This document shows, piece after piece, positions 33,467-45,829 of a stretch of DNA of 64,000 nt. Each line of letters opens with the position of its first letter. Positions within the stretch are counted from its first letter, which is position 1. The notes beneath the pieces are model-generated. The model searched no databases, had not been told where the DNA came from, and saw only the letters and a list, made by a program, of their open reading frames with translations. The DNA is from Psammoneis japonica (Eukaryota). The stretch is taken from assembly GCA_008632985.1 (NCBI GenBank), contig QPGO01000210.1, positions 14,365 to 78,364 of the forward strand, written 5' to 3'. Both the position numbers and the translations under genes were made by a program.

Positions 33467-36274
33467 TCACCTAATCAAGCGAAAGGTATAGACGGATCCT
33501 GAATCTGTGCCGGCGACATCAGTGTTTGGTGCACCAACTCCAATGATAGTGCCGTCGACCGACAATGCCACGGATGATCCAAAAAGATCAACTGGAGACT
33601 CGCCAATCAAATCTTGCCCCATTTGGACCCATTCGCTTGTGTTGTTTTTGTATTCAAAAACTCCAACTTGACCAGCTTCATCTATTCCGTTGAAGTTGTG
33701 ACTGATGCTTCCAACGGCCAAAACATTTCCATCCCCACTCAACGACACAGAAAAACCAAACTCATCATTATCTTGAGAAGTCAGGATGGTTTGACCACGT
33801 TGAATCCAGGTCGACGTCGCACTGTCATAGGCGTAAACCAAAGCCCTCTCACTGCTTCCAGGTGCACCAATGCCTACGATCAAGCCACTGTCATCCAGAG
33901 AAACTGACCACCCAAACCTCGCAAAACTGACTATTGAGTTGATTGGATCACTCACTGGAACCCACAATTTTGCAGTAGCGTCATACTCGTACACATGCAC
34001 TTGCCCGGCCTCGGGGCTAACCGAACCACTAAAGGGCGCTCCAACGCCAACTATGTTCCCCGCTTCATTTAGCGACACAGAACGCCCAAATCGATCATCT
34101 GTAGATTCACCAACAAGAGTTTGTCCGAGTTGGTTCCACGAGGACCTGTCACGGAAATATTGAAAAAGTTGTACCGACCCGGCACCCTCATTAACCCTTT
34201 GGGATCCAACTGCAAGGATATCACCCGCTTCATTTAGTGACACGGAATCACCAAAACGATCACCCGATCCATGTCCGTCCAAGTCACTCCCAAGTTGGAC
34301 CCAACGATTTGTCGCGTCAACATATTCAAATACTCGAACGTGACCCGCATCATCTCCGCCAGCATCATTGTTGTCCCCACCAATGGCTAAAATAGTCCCG
34401 TCGCCATTCAACGACACGGACTCACCAAACGTATCACCTTTGGCTTCTACAATCAATTGCTCTCCCAGGCGTGTCCACTCTTGTTTGGCTTGGTCCATTC
34501 GAAATACGGAGACGACACCGGGCTCGGTAGAAGAAACCGATGGTGCTCCCACCGCCATGGCATTGCCGTCGCGTGACAACGAGACGGAGCAGCCAAAATT
34601 AACAAAAGCAGCGTTTCCATGCAGGATTTGGAAAAGTGGTTGCCAATTGGCGAAGCTTACTTCGATCAATTCGTCAAACATTCCGTTTCGAACAGATTCC
34701 CCTGAAGCCTTTAGATTTGTGAGATAGTCAACCTTTTGAACAGAAGTACGGAACGGCTCCATGACCAGGCTCTCAATGGAAATATTGTTTTCTTTCGATG
34801 TATATGTAAATGCTTGGCTATAGGTGATTCGCAAAGAACCTGGGACAACTTTTGTTTCAGTGAGCTCCAAAACTGTTGCAACATCTTGAATGTCGGAGAT
34901 TTGCAATACGCGGTTTCTGAGGAGGCGTCGATTTTGAAAGAAGTCTTCGACAAAAGTCTTGGTAACGTTTATCCACAATTCAGTGTCAAGATCGTCAAAG
35001 CTATTTTCGACGCCAACCAAGCTCATGGTCAAGCCTGTTGCTTGCTTGGAGAACTCTGTGCCATTATTGGCGTTGTCTTTACCGGCCACAGCGCCAGTAG
35101 CTGCAACAACAACGGCAACCACTACGGCGACCGCGAATCCAGCAATTACTAGTCGAAAGCGGCGTTTTTTTTCGAGTCCTTCTTCGGGAGCCAACGTAGC
35201 CTCGACTAGCTTATCGTCAACTAGTTCAGCTTCAAATAGCTCGTCGGCATCACTTGTGTTTCTCGAGCTCTGAGAACCCTCGTCAATAGAGCTCTGAGAA
35301 TCCTCGTCAATAGATCTCGAGGTCATGTCGGATCTGTCTATTGACTGCCCCCCGGGAAACACTGCAAACGCTCCAGGGCGGGTTACCGGTGCGGCGTTAG
35401 CTGCATCTTGTACCTGGTTTGGGACAGCTGGACTAAACTGTTGTGCCTCGTTGTTGGCCTCTTCGATCCTTTCTTCCTCGTGACTAATGGAAGGAGGCGT
35501 TTCAGAACGACGACGACGATGATTCCTGCTTCGCTTTTTGACCTCTGCGGTTTGTCCCTGTTCTCCTTCAGTCCTACATTGCCGGTGTCTCTCCTTAGAT
35601 CGTTTCGTCGATTTGACATTGCCACTATCATCACTGGCAGAGGATGCAATAGCTGAAGCCCTGTTACTCAAAGCAGCATCCACTCGATTATTGTCTCCGG
35701 AACGGCGGTGTCCATGATACCGAGCGGCAGGCTGCTCATTCGCATCACTGGCAGAGGATGCAATAGCTGAAGCCTTGCTGCTCAAAGCAACACCCGCTTG
35801 ATCATGACGACGACGATTACTGCTTCGCTTTTTGGCCTTTACGGCTTGTTCCTGTTCCTCTTCAGTCCTAGGTTGCCGGTGCCTCTCCTTTGACCGTTTC
35901 GTCGATTTGATATTGCCACTAATATCACTGGCAGAGGATGTGCCAGCTGAAGCCACATTACTCAAAGCTCCATCCCCTTCATTATTGCCTCGCGATCGAC
36001 GGTGTCCATGATACCGAGTGACAGGTTGCTTAGCCGCATCATTGGCAGAGGAGGCAATAGCTGAAGCCCTGATATGCCCGGCAACATCCGATTGATTACT
36101 CCCTCGGGAACGACGGTGCCCATGATTCCGAGTGGCGGGCTGATTAGTCACAGCTTGACGATCCCTTCCAGGTTGGGAGTTATCCCGGCTGCCAAATCTG
36201 TTCATCACGACATCGTCGTCGTCGTCCTGAGGTTCGTTGTTAGGCTTTCTTTGTGATTCACTGCCTGTATTCAT
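33467..36274 (-). CDS. Type-II membrane protein with C-terminal FG-GAP-like repeats (beta-propeller)
   Basis: 935-aa ORF. Repeated HGHRRSRG..ASAIASSASD N-terminus, RPGAFAV motif, TM segment (LVIAGFAVAVVVAVVVAA), then ~7 FG.SVSL..DG..LAVG(AP) repeats. Confidence 0.88.
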   Translation of the reverse strand: MNTGSESQRKPNNEPQDDDDDVVMNRFGSRDNSQPGRDRQAVTNQPATRNHGHRRSRGSNQSDVAGHIRASAIASSANDAAKQPVTRYHGHRRSRGNNEGDGALSNVASAGTSSASDISGNIKSTKRSKERHRQPRTEEEQEQAVKAKKRSSNRRRHDQAGVALSSKASAIASSASDANEQPAARYHGHRRSGDNNRVDAALSNRASAIASSASDDSGNVKSTKRSKERHRQCRTEGEQGQTAEVKKRSRNHRRRRSETPPSISHEEERIEEANNEAQQFSPAVPNQVQDAANAAPVTRPGAFAVFPGGQSIDRSDMTSRSIDEDSQSSIDEGSQSSRNTSDADELFEAELVDDKLVEATLAPEEGLEKKRRFRLVIAGFAVAVVVAVVVAATGAVAGKDNANNGTEFSKQATGLTMSLVGVENSFDDLDTELWINVTKTFVEDFFQNRRLLRNRVLQISDIQDVATVLELTETKVVPGSLRITYSQAFTYTSKENNISIESLVMEPFRTSVQKVDYLTNLKASGESVRNGMFDELIEVSFANWQPLFQILHGNAAFVNFGCSVSLSRDGNAMAVGAPSVSSTEPGVVSVFRMDQAKQEWTRLGEQLIVEAKGDTFGESVSLNGDGTILAIGGDNNDAGGDDAGHVRVFEYVDATNRWVQLGSDLDGHGSGDRFGDSVSLNEAGDILAVGSQRVNEGAGSVQLFQYFRDRSSWNQLGQTLVGESTDDRFGRSVSLNEAGNIVGVGAPFSGSVSPEAGQVHVYEYDATAKLWVPVSDPINSIVSFARFGWSVSLDDSGLIVGIGAPGSSERALVYAYDSATSTWIQRGQTILTSQDNDEFGFSVSLSGDGNVLAVGSISHNFNGIDEAGQVGVFEYKNNTSEWVQMGQDLIGESPVDLFGSSVALSVDGTIIGVGAPNTDVAGTDSGSVYTFRLIR

Positions 36275-36724
36275 TGCGGTGATACTGGAAGAGAGATGAA
36301 GGTAGGAAAAGGAGCATGAGGTACATCGTTCTCACAAATCATCGATTCGGATTCTTCATTCAGTCAACACGTTTTCTCTTTCATCGGCACCATCAACGAG
36401 ATACACTCAATGAGCTTACCAATGAGGAACGGCGACAATTGAGTCTAACTAGAGTCAGCAGCAACTAACTTAACTATCGTGTGCTGCAATATCAGAGGTT
36501 GAAGGTCAATAATAAGACCGAAGCGACGAACACGACACACGACCCGCGAACCGTACCGCCGCAATGTGGAAATGCGAACCGCGTATCCGCGTTTCATCCA
36601 GTCGTGGATCGTGCATCGCGGCGAAGTGTGAGAATAACACATCTTTTTTTTCTTGAACCGTTCGCCGAAAAGGGATGAGTGTGATGCACGAGACAAGCTC
36701 CACGAGAGAAAAAAAAGAGAGTCA

Positions 36725-39700
36725 ATGGAGACTTTACGCGGCTGGAGGTCATCGATTGCGTCCCGGATCAGCCGAGGCGGAAAAGGGGAAGAGCCAACGA
36801 AGACGAAAATCGTTCAAGTCGACGAAGAAGAATGCATCAGGGGAGATTTTTTTGTCGACAACAACACACTGAGCAAATCATTTCCCGAAGCGACTGGTGT
36901 AAACTACGAAAATGCTGCTGGTGATCCCACACGTGGAGACCCCGAGCAATCATTGGGCTCCATCGACAGTCAAGGAGGTGCGTCAAAACAGTCACCGATC
37001 AAGGAAAGCCAAGAAAACAGCTTGTGGACCCATCGTAGCAAAACTGCCATTGCTGTCGCGGTAGCTTTGCTTTTCCTAGCAGGTGGTATCGTAGCGGTCG
37101 TTGTTGGTGCAAACGCATCAAGTTCTTCATACTTGCCTTCAACCGCATCTCAAAGTGAAATAGAAGGGACGAGTTACACCGAAACATGGACAGATCAGCT
37201 TGTTGTTAGTCCCTCGTACAAGTCATTCGGTGTCACTTCTCTTCTTCTTTGTGCTCAGCAATGCGACAACCTTGGTGCTTCAACGGGATTCTTTATAGCC
37301 AGCCAAGGTTTCGAAGCCTCTTCCATTTGCGGTTGTGAGCTAGATTCCAAATGCGTTGACCCCGCGCTGTTGATAATCGGCGCGCAGGTATTTGCCACGT
37401 TTCCCAAACCGGGCGAGTGCGTTGTTTCATTTTGTCAAGTTGATCCGGAAGAAGACCTTTGTTCATTGTCAGCGAGGACTGTCGCACCCACAACTCAAGA
37501 TGCAAACATTTTTGAAAGACCACCACAACCCACTTCAGGCTCTACTGCGACCGAAACAAACCCGACGCCGACGCCGACGCCAACTCCATCACCTCTTCCG
37601 ACTCCCGCCCCTGCGGAACCAGTAGAAGAATTTCCGCCGCCACCGACTCCCGCCCCTGCGGAGCCAGCAGAAGGGCTTCCACCGCCAATGCCGGAACCAA
37701 CCCCGAACCCGACTCCGCAGACGTCACCGCCGCCGCCTGCTCCCGCCCCCAAGGAACCAGCAGAAGTTTTTCCGCCGCTAACGCCCCAACCAACGCTGAA
37801 CTCGCCACCGCCGCCGCAAACACCAGGTCCGACGTCACCACCACCGACTGCCGCCCCTACGGAACCATCAGCGCCCCAACCAACGCCAAACCCGACACCG
37901 CCGCCGCCAACTCCAGGTCCGACGTCACCACCACAGACTGCCGCCCCTACGGATCCAGCAGTGCCCCAACCAACGCCGAACCCGTTGCCAAACCCGACAC
38001 CGCCGCCAACAACAACAGGTCCGCCGCCACTACCTCCGACTGCCGCCCCTGCGGAACCAACACTCCCTTCAGCGTTTCCAAGCTACAAACCGTCTGAAGA
38101 AGACAGTTCAGCGCCATCGGAGGCACCGTCCAATGTACCGTCTGAGGTACGATCATCAGCTCCTTTGGTTCCGAGCAATTCACCGTCTACATTGGCGCCA
38201 CCTTCTAGCTTACCTTCAGCGGTTCCAAGCTACAAACCGTCTGAAGAAGACATTTCAGCGCCATCGGAGGCACCGTCCAATGTACCGTCTGAGGTACGAT
38301 CATCAGCTCCTTCTTTGGTTCCGAGCAATTCACCGTCTACATTGGCGCCACCTTCTAGCTTACCGAGCGCTGTGCCAACGCCCCAACCAAGAACGCCGAA
38401 CCCGACGCCAAACCAGACACCGCCGCCGCCAACACCAAGTCCTATGTCACCACCAACGACTGCCGCCCCTACGGAACTAGATGGAGTTTTTCCGCCGCCA
38501 ACGCCCCAACCAACAGGTGTAACGTCACCGCCTACACCTCTGTAAACTGCAACGCCAACACCGTCATTACCAAAGTTGATTTAGGCAACATACATCACAG
38601 TATGGCATGGAAACGTAGACGAGAACGCCTTGTGCCAAATGCCCCAGCCCGGGATTAGTATTTCTTTCGGAGCCGGGGGTCCATTGCCTTGCTGAATTCG
38701 ACCAGCAAAGTGCAATGTGAGGCGTCTGGAACAGACACATTGGACTGTGTGGCTGAGCATGATATTGAAGATATTCTTCCTATTGCAGTTTATGGATGCG
38801 TTGGGATGTCAGATTCGGCTTGGTCATCACAGGTTGTTGCGATCCCGGACACTTCTGTCCAATGTTTCAATGATGGTGAAGCTGGAGTAAGGATCTACCT
38901 CAGCCAACGGTGCCCCGGAGTGTTACCTGAACTAGGAGATGACTTCAGCCGAATGCATTGCATACCTTCGAGCGTCGAAGAGTAGATTTTGCGGAGAGGC
39001 ATTATTGCGCGGCGTTCAATACGTGCAGCTCTACTTCCTGTGAGCTAAGCGCGCCGAGTATAACATCAAGTGTCAACGAGAACACCCTTTCAAGGGACTG
39101 CTTGTTCGGGAGGACAGACCTCTCACCACCGACACCCGCAGCTACCCCATCTCCTACGACTACTACCACACTCGGTGGCGTTAAATTAGCTCAATATGTA
39201 GCAGAATGGTCGGGGGCAACCCATCAACAGGGACTCTGTGGATCACTGTAAGTTTCTGTCTTGCGAACTTGCCGACACTTGTAACCTTTTCTACCGCACG
39301 ACTAACCATAGTGGACTGTGGTTATTAGGGTGCCGGGAGCTCTTGTCAGCTGTGGAGAGGGTGCTACGATATCACTCATTGACACCCGAGATACAACATC
39401 TTGTGATGTTGTTGCAGGCAAAGAAATGCTGAATTGCACTATAACTCGTGACAGCATTGGCGGTGTCCGATATGAATGTCAAAGAGAAGGCCCAGAATCA
39501 TGGACAACAGAGGTTGAATCTGTTCCAGACACTTCTGTGCTCTGCAATGCCGGAGGCATAGCCGGCTCAAGGATTCAAATTGGGAGGGTTTTTTCTCCTG
39601 ATTTGGAAGTTGACAGAAGTCGGATAAACTGCATTCCACGAGATGCACTGGTTGCAGAAAGTCTTGACTATCAATTTTGCGCTGTCGGTCACGGTTGTTC

Positions 39701-39791
39701 CCAAGAAAACTGTGACTTACCGACCCTCCCTATGACGGGTAGCATATCCTCAGGTTTGCTTCTTTCTGACGAATGTCTTTTCAGTCCCTAA
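36725..39791 (+). CDS. Type-II membrane protein with a Pro/Thr-rich stalk and two C-terminal Cys-rich repeats; frameshifts at ~38545, ~38690 and ~38985, intron ~39248-39311
   Basis: TM segment AIAVAVALLFLAGGIVAVVV, Cys domain and PTPxPT mucin-like stalk. Downstream ORFs share W(S/T)..V..(I/V)PDTSV.C..G.AG.RI...SR..CIP...(Y/F)CA..C...C motifs. The exon structure is approximate. Confidence 0.72.
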
Positions 39792-39989
39792 GAATCATTA
39801 AAATCGCCCTGTAGTATTGGGCGTTATGATTTGGAGATATGTAGTGCGCTCGTACATGCAGAATGCATGTTTATGGACATCGATGGATGCATGCGTTAAA
39901 TTGACTTGCTTTTGTTGCTTGGCTTGTCACTTGATATCGGAGTTAGAATGCGTCGATGAAAGCATGTTTGACCTCTGCTGCATAACATC

Positions 39990-42900
39990 GCACTGGTGCT
40001 ACTACATGTTGTATTGTGGGAGTTTGGTCTGCTGGATGGTGGACGGACGGCAAGGTGAAAAAATTGTCAGCAGCTGCCACAGCTGCTGGAGCAGTTTTCT
40101 TCCTTCTTGCGCCTTTTCCCACTTCCAATTTGGCATCCACTGAAATCACAATGATGTCATGGCTAGTTGGCATGGGCTGCAGCAAAATCAACAAAGGCAA
40201 TGAGTCAATTGGTTTTGACAGTTGCGGCAGCAAAGTTGTTGTCAACAGACGGAGCTTTTGCTTTTGAAAGTCTGCAGCATTGCAAGCAACAACAAACAAA
40301 AGCACCCAGATCACTGCAATTTCTGTCAGCCTGCCTGCATTGGCTCCCACCCAAAACTTGGCAATGGACAACACAAGCAAGCATTTGAAATGTGTGGACA
40401 AAACTCATCCTCCAGCGGCCAAGCAATCAATTGTTTGGTTTCTCTTGCAGCGTGTTCTTGAAAGTTCTTCAAAAGATGGCTGTCAAGGGCCAAAACTCTT
40501 CAAAGAAAGCTGTTGGCCTCATGCCAGTGATGGCAAGAAACTTGAGATGGGGTGCTCCTGTCAAGCCAGACAATGTCAGAGAACCAATGGGCGAAGCAAA
40601 GGTTGGCAGTTGGCAAGACTGTTGCAGAACGCTGGGGCAAGAAAAAAGCTCTGACCTCAAGCACAGCAAAGATTTTCAAGCTGGCACATCAGGAACACCA
40701 ATGATCTGGGTGTCGCACCTCCCATCAAGATTTTTTGAGTTGCAGCCAGGCAATTTTTTTTTAACCCAATGTCCAAGACTGCACCAATTTGTCCAGCCCA
40801 CATTTGTGTGAAACACTCAACGACAAACGCCTGCATTCCTGAAGTCAACATTTTCTCTGCCACATGGACAAGACTGCAGCATGATTTGTGTCATGTCAAT
40901 TCCTGAGTGAGGTGTTGCCTGCTTTCCTGGATCAAAATCTCTTCAGCCGTGCATCAAGCTGGAGATTCTCTTCCTTGCTCCAAATTTTTTGCTCCCTGTT
41001 GTTGCCATTCTCTGTTTTTGTGTGATGCCCCTGGCATTGCTCTTCCTCATTTGTCTTGACAGCACAGCATCTTTTGGCCCCACTCTTCACCAAGTGATTG
41101 CTGTTCAGTGTGATTGACATTTGCTTTCATTGCAGCGGCCTTGCTGTTTCTCCAAAGTGCTTTGCAGAGGGTGCAGTCTGATGATGGTCTCATTTGTCCT
41201 TGGTGCAAATGTTCTGGGTTCAGCTCCATGTGTGTGGTCTTAGCCGGCACACCCACACAATGCCAGCTGTCTCTGTTCTGTGGGTCCAACCAAGTCTTTC
41301 AGTTGTCCACATTGTGGACAATGTGGTTTTGACTCCAAAAGCCAGGTGCAGCATCACCTTTCTCATCACTGCCACACATCTGCTGTTCTCCCTTTTTGCC
41401 AGGAACACACTTGCACTCAAGGACTTGATGCCATCTTGTCCAACAACTGCACTGGGGAATCCCGTTGGAGAAAGGACACATGAGATTCTCTGCCATGGAT
41501 GCAAGAGCAAGTGTCAAGCTTTTCCATCATCTGGGCCATTGCTGCACAAGTCATTGCACACAGCAGGCTCCCTGCCTTTTGCTGGCACCATGCAACCAAC
41601 TGCCAGAGTGGGGCCTTGCAAGGACAGTCCTGAAAGTTCTGGGCTGCCGGCAGCCTCAAACGTTCCCGTGCATTGCATCAAACGTTCCCACCATGCCCAA
41701 AGGAAGATGCGCGCAAGATTTGAATTCCCTCCAATGTGCCGGGACCGTGCTGCTGTTGCTTCAAATGCAGTTGCATCTCCAACAAACACCACAAACCGCA
41801 GCAACAAACCATGAGCTGCCCATGTGCTTCATCTGCTGCTTCACTGCTCAAGGGTGCTGAAGAAAATGATGCAATGCCAGCAAAACATGCTGAAAGATGT
41901 CCAGAGCACATTGAACAGTGGGGAGAAAGCATCACAGCAGAAGTTGAAAGAAGTTGTCAGCAAGCTCAAAGTTGTTGAAAATGGCCTTTCCATTTTGCAA
42001 GTGATGATGAAAGGAGCAACTGTGACAGCAGCTCATGCCACTCATCTCCCCAACAATCAGTGCGTCCACAATCGTTTGAACAGTGAAAAAGCCCACAAGA
42101 AGCAAATGCAAGAGAATGTGAGCAGGAGCCAATCACAAGAATCAAAAGCTGCCAGCCCCAAATGTCCATCCAATTCCCTTGCTGTGCTGGAGGATGTGTG
42201 CCAAAGTGTGAACAACGAAGAAAATCAACCACCGAAGCCTCGACCTCCCCAGAATTTCACCTGCTGCAAAGCCCAGAGTCGCAGCTGCAGCACCACAAAG
42301 ATCTCCCAAAATGACACAGGCAATGTTGTGTCTTGGACAATGATGACAATGCGGTCGAAGAGCAGGTGGAAAGGGTCAAAAAGGACCAGAGGACAACTGC
42401 ACGCGTGAACGAGAGACGCACAAAAAAGGCTCATGAGGAGGTGTGCAAGTTTCTCATCAAAACAAGTCCAGTGCTCAAGCAGTTGCACCATGCTCACAGG
42501 ATTGCCTTTTTTGGACTACGATGAGACTCTCTGACAAATGCCAACATTGCAAGTGTCCTCCAGGCTCCATCGCGTCATTTTGTTCCCACAGCATGCACTT
42601 TCCAAATGTTGCGACACAGCCGAAAAATGACGTGGCATGATTGTGCACCGACCAAGTCCCCAAGAAGGACATCAAGCATTTCAAAAAACCATCTTAACAT
42701 GCATGACAGGTGAGCCAAATGACGCAGAGTGGGGCGAGGCATGGGGCTCCCAAATGGACACACTGTGGTGGTGCAAATGCCACGAAAAAGATGCCAACAC
42801 CACCCACGCAACAATCGACTGCACGAGATGATCAACCCACCTGTGAAGCTTTGACAAAGTGCAAACAACATCTTTGGTGAGCATGCAATTGGTGTAAAAT

Positions 42901-43260
42901 GAGAAAACAAAGAAAGAACTTACTTCTGCAATGTTGTCCACTGTTCAGATGCAGCCCGCACCGCAACACATCGAGTCACGAGTCGAGGCACGCAACCATT
43001 TGCACTGTGTGTCAAAACCAAAGCCCCTCAGAAAACCAAACCGATCTGTCAACCTCTTCATAACAATGGTAGAAAAAGCCCCCCATGAAAGAAATGTCGA
43101 CCCAAACGATGTTTGCCATGTCGAGACACATCAAAGTGCAACATGCCGTTTTTTATTTTTTTTATGCCAAATCGGGAACGTTTAAGTCCAATCGACTTAT
43201 TCGAATCACGCACTTCACCGTGGTGAAATTTCAGTCACGGACGCCGGGAACGTTTGAGGC
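39990..43260. repeat. Heavily decayed TA-depleted tract
   Basis: TA is nearly absent over ~3 kb, with TG/CA excess and no recognisable intact ORF. Confidence 0.7.
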
Positions 43261-43497
43261 CAGCGGTACGACAGCATTAGAGGGAATTCATGAATCGGTA
43301 AAGGGCGCACATGTATTTTATGAAAACCAACACAAGAGCAAGTACTTCCACGCAGTCGATGCAGATGCGTTGGATGCTGTTTTTCCGATGCAATGGTCCA
43401 ATTGATGCCACTGTCAAGAGCTTATAGAGGTTTTGTTGATATGTAGCTTCTTGCCGTATAAGAGAGACGTTCGAATCCTGGTGCGAGTATGCATCCC

Positions 43498-45687
43498 TCA
43501 CTCTCCGAAATAACGAAGAGGGGTGAAACCCGCTGGCTTGGACGATCCCTCGCCGGGCAAGATATCCTTGACCATCCTCGTACCTTGAGAAGTTCCATCT
43601 GTGACCCATGGCTCTTCGCCATAATAGGGACTAGCTGCACTGAAGAACAGCTGATCTTGGAACACGACTAAATTTCGAGGAAAGGATCCTTCGGCGCCCG
43701 GTTTGATATCTTTGACCATAATAGTGCCTTGCCTGCTCCCATCAGAGCGCCACAGCTCCCTTCCATGTATGCCATTATCGGCCGAGAAGAATAGGTTATC
43801 GCGGAACGAAGCAAATTCCCTCGGAATAGAGTGGGAATGATGGCCCGGATCGGAGCCACTGAATCCGCTGTTTATGTCCTTTACCAGATGGGTTGATGCT
43901 AATGTCTCGGGGGTGGTCACCCACAGCTCCCTTCCAAGTTCGCCTTCGTCTGCCGAGAAGAAAAGCTTTCTGCCTGCCACAGTCAAGCCTTTAGGTGGCC
44001 TTTGGAACGACTTTATGCTAGAACTGTAATGTCCTTGATGAGTGACCCTCAACTCATATTGGCCTTGGCCGTTACCGGCCACAAAGAACAGAACCCCCCC
44101 AAGATGAGAGTGGTTATACACAGTGAGCTCTCGCGGTAATGAGCCCTTGCGGCCTTCAGCTATGTCCGTCATCCTCCGAGCGCGACTTCCATCCGAACTC
44201 CATAACTCCCTGCCGTGAGCGCTATCGAATGCTTGGAAGTATAAACGGTCCTGGAATGATGTTAGCTCACGAGGCGTATAACCATACGCATAGTCTCCGT
44301 TCACGCGACTTCTTGTTCTGTCATTCTGGATGACCCACAGCCCACTGTACGCCCCAAAAAAGAGCTTGTCGCCAACTACAGCAAACTCAGAAAAGCCGGA
44401 ACAGTTGGGCTTGAAACGTTCAGTTCCACCTTGCGTTCCATCTGTTACCCACAGATCAATGAAAGAGGTCTGAGAGTTAGAGGCAGCGGCAAAGTAGACC
44501 CTGTCCTTGAAGACGGTGAAGCGGACCGGTATGGAAATGCCTGGGCCTGGGTAGAATCCTTGACCATGACAGTACCTTTGGCGCTGCCGTCAGATTTCCA
44601 GAGCTCGGCACCATTTCTACCATTACCAGCGAAAATGATCTGATCTCCAAAGGACGTCAATGTGTGATCCAGTAGGCCGCCATGTGAGATATCTTTCACG
44701 AGTTTTGTTCCTTCGGAGGATCCATCTGTCACCCACAACCCGGGTCCTCCCACACCATTACTGGCAGAGAAGGCCAAAAGCGGCTTGTACACAGAAACTG
44801 TGTCACCAGCGACCTCTATGGCAGAAAAACCCTTTTTTACAACTTCATAATAGGCACGGAAATCAAACCTACGTTCACCCAGGTCGCCAGTTATTGTCTT
44901 TGTAATATTGCAAAAATTCACCATCGTAGGTGAAGTGAAGGAACTTGATGGAAGAGGGCATTCCTTTCCCAGGTCTTCCGAGGTGTCAAGGTCGACGAGG
45001 CGAACAACCCTAATTGGAGAGGTCGTCGCATATCGAAAAAAGATGAAGGTGACTGAAGTGCCAATTTGTGCTACGGTCGGATATGCCCTGACAAAAACAG
45101 GCTTGTAAACGAAAACTGTTGCACCAGCATCCTCCATGGCAGAAAACTGCCCTTCGACTTGATAGTATGCGCGGAATTCAAACCTACGCTCACCAACGTC
45201 GCCAGTCATTGTTTTTGTAATGTGGCATGTATGCACCATTGTAGGTGCGAGGGAACGTGATGGAAGGCCGCATTCCTGTCCCAGGTCTTCAGAGGTGTCA
45301 AGGTCATCGAGGCCTACAATCTTGATGGGATAGGGCGTCACATATCTATGACGAAAGAGGATAGAGAAGGTGACGGAAGTGCCGATTTGGGCTTCAGTCG
45401 GATTCGCACTGACCGCAACGCCAAGAGGCGGTGCTGGCAGGGTCTTACGATTGACGGCAGCTTCCTTGACAGCATCAAATGGACGATTTTAACAGATACG
45501 ATCGAATGAGAACACCGTCGTAAAGGGATTCGTAAGCACTCAGTCCGGCTTGTTCGCATACCTGCTGGAGGACCTTCAGTCCTCGAAGGTGATGGGGCGC
45601 CACGCCGTGCGTGTCTGCCTGTCCGGTTGCGTTTTCCACAACAACGCACAGCACGATAACGAGTGATAGAAGAAAGAGGGAGGACAT
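43498..45687 (-). CDS. ELWxxDGT-repeat protein, copy 2 (frameshifts at ~44540 and ~44310)
   Basis: Collinear with copy 1: signal exon MSSLFLLSLVIVLCVVV, the same intron donor, Ig-like repeats, ELWSSDG/ELWRSDG and the C-terminus RYFGE. Confidence 0.85.
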
Positions 45688-45829
45688 CGTCACATTGCAA
45701 TATCTCGTTTTTTTTTTCATTTGTGTGTTTAATGATCGGCGACATCCCTTGTTGTGGTCTGGCACAATAAATGTTCCGATGCCACGATTGCAATTAAAGT
45801 CAATGAGGCCCTGCAAGTTTGCGAATGAC

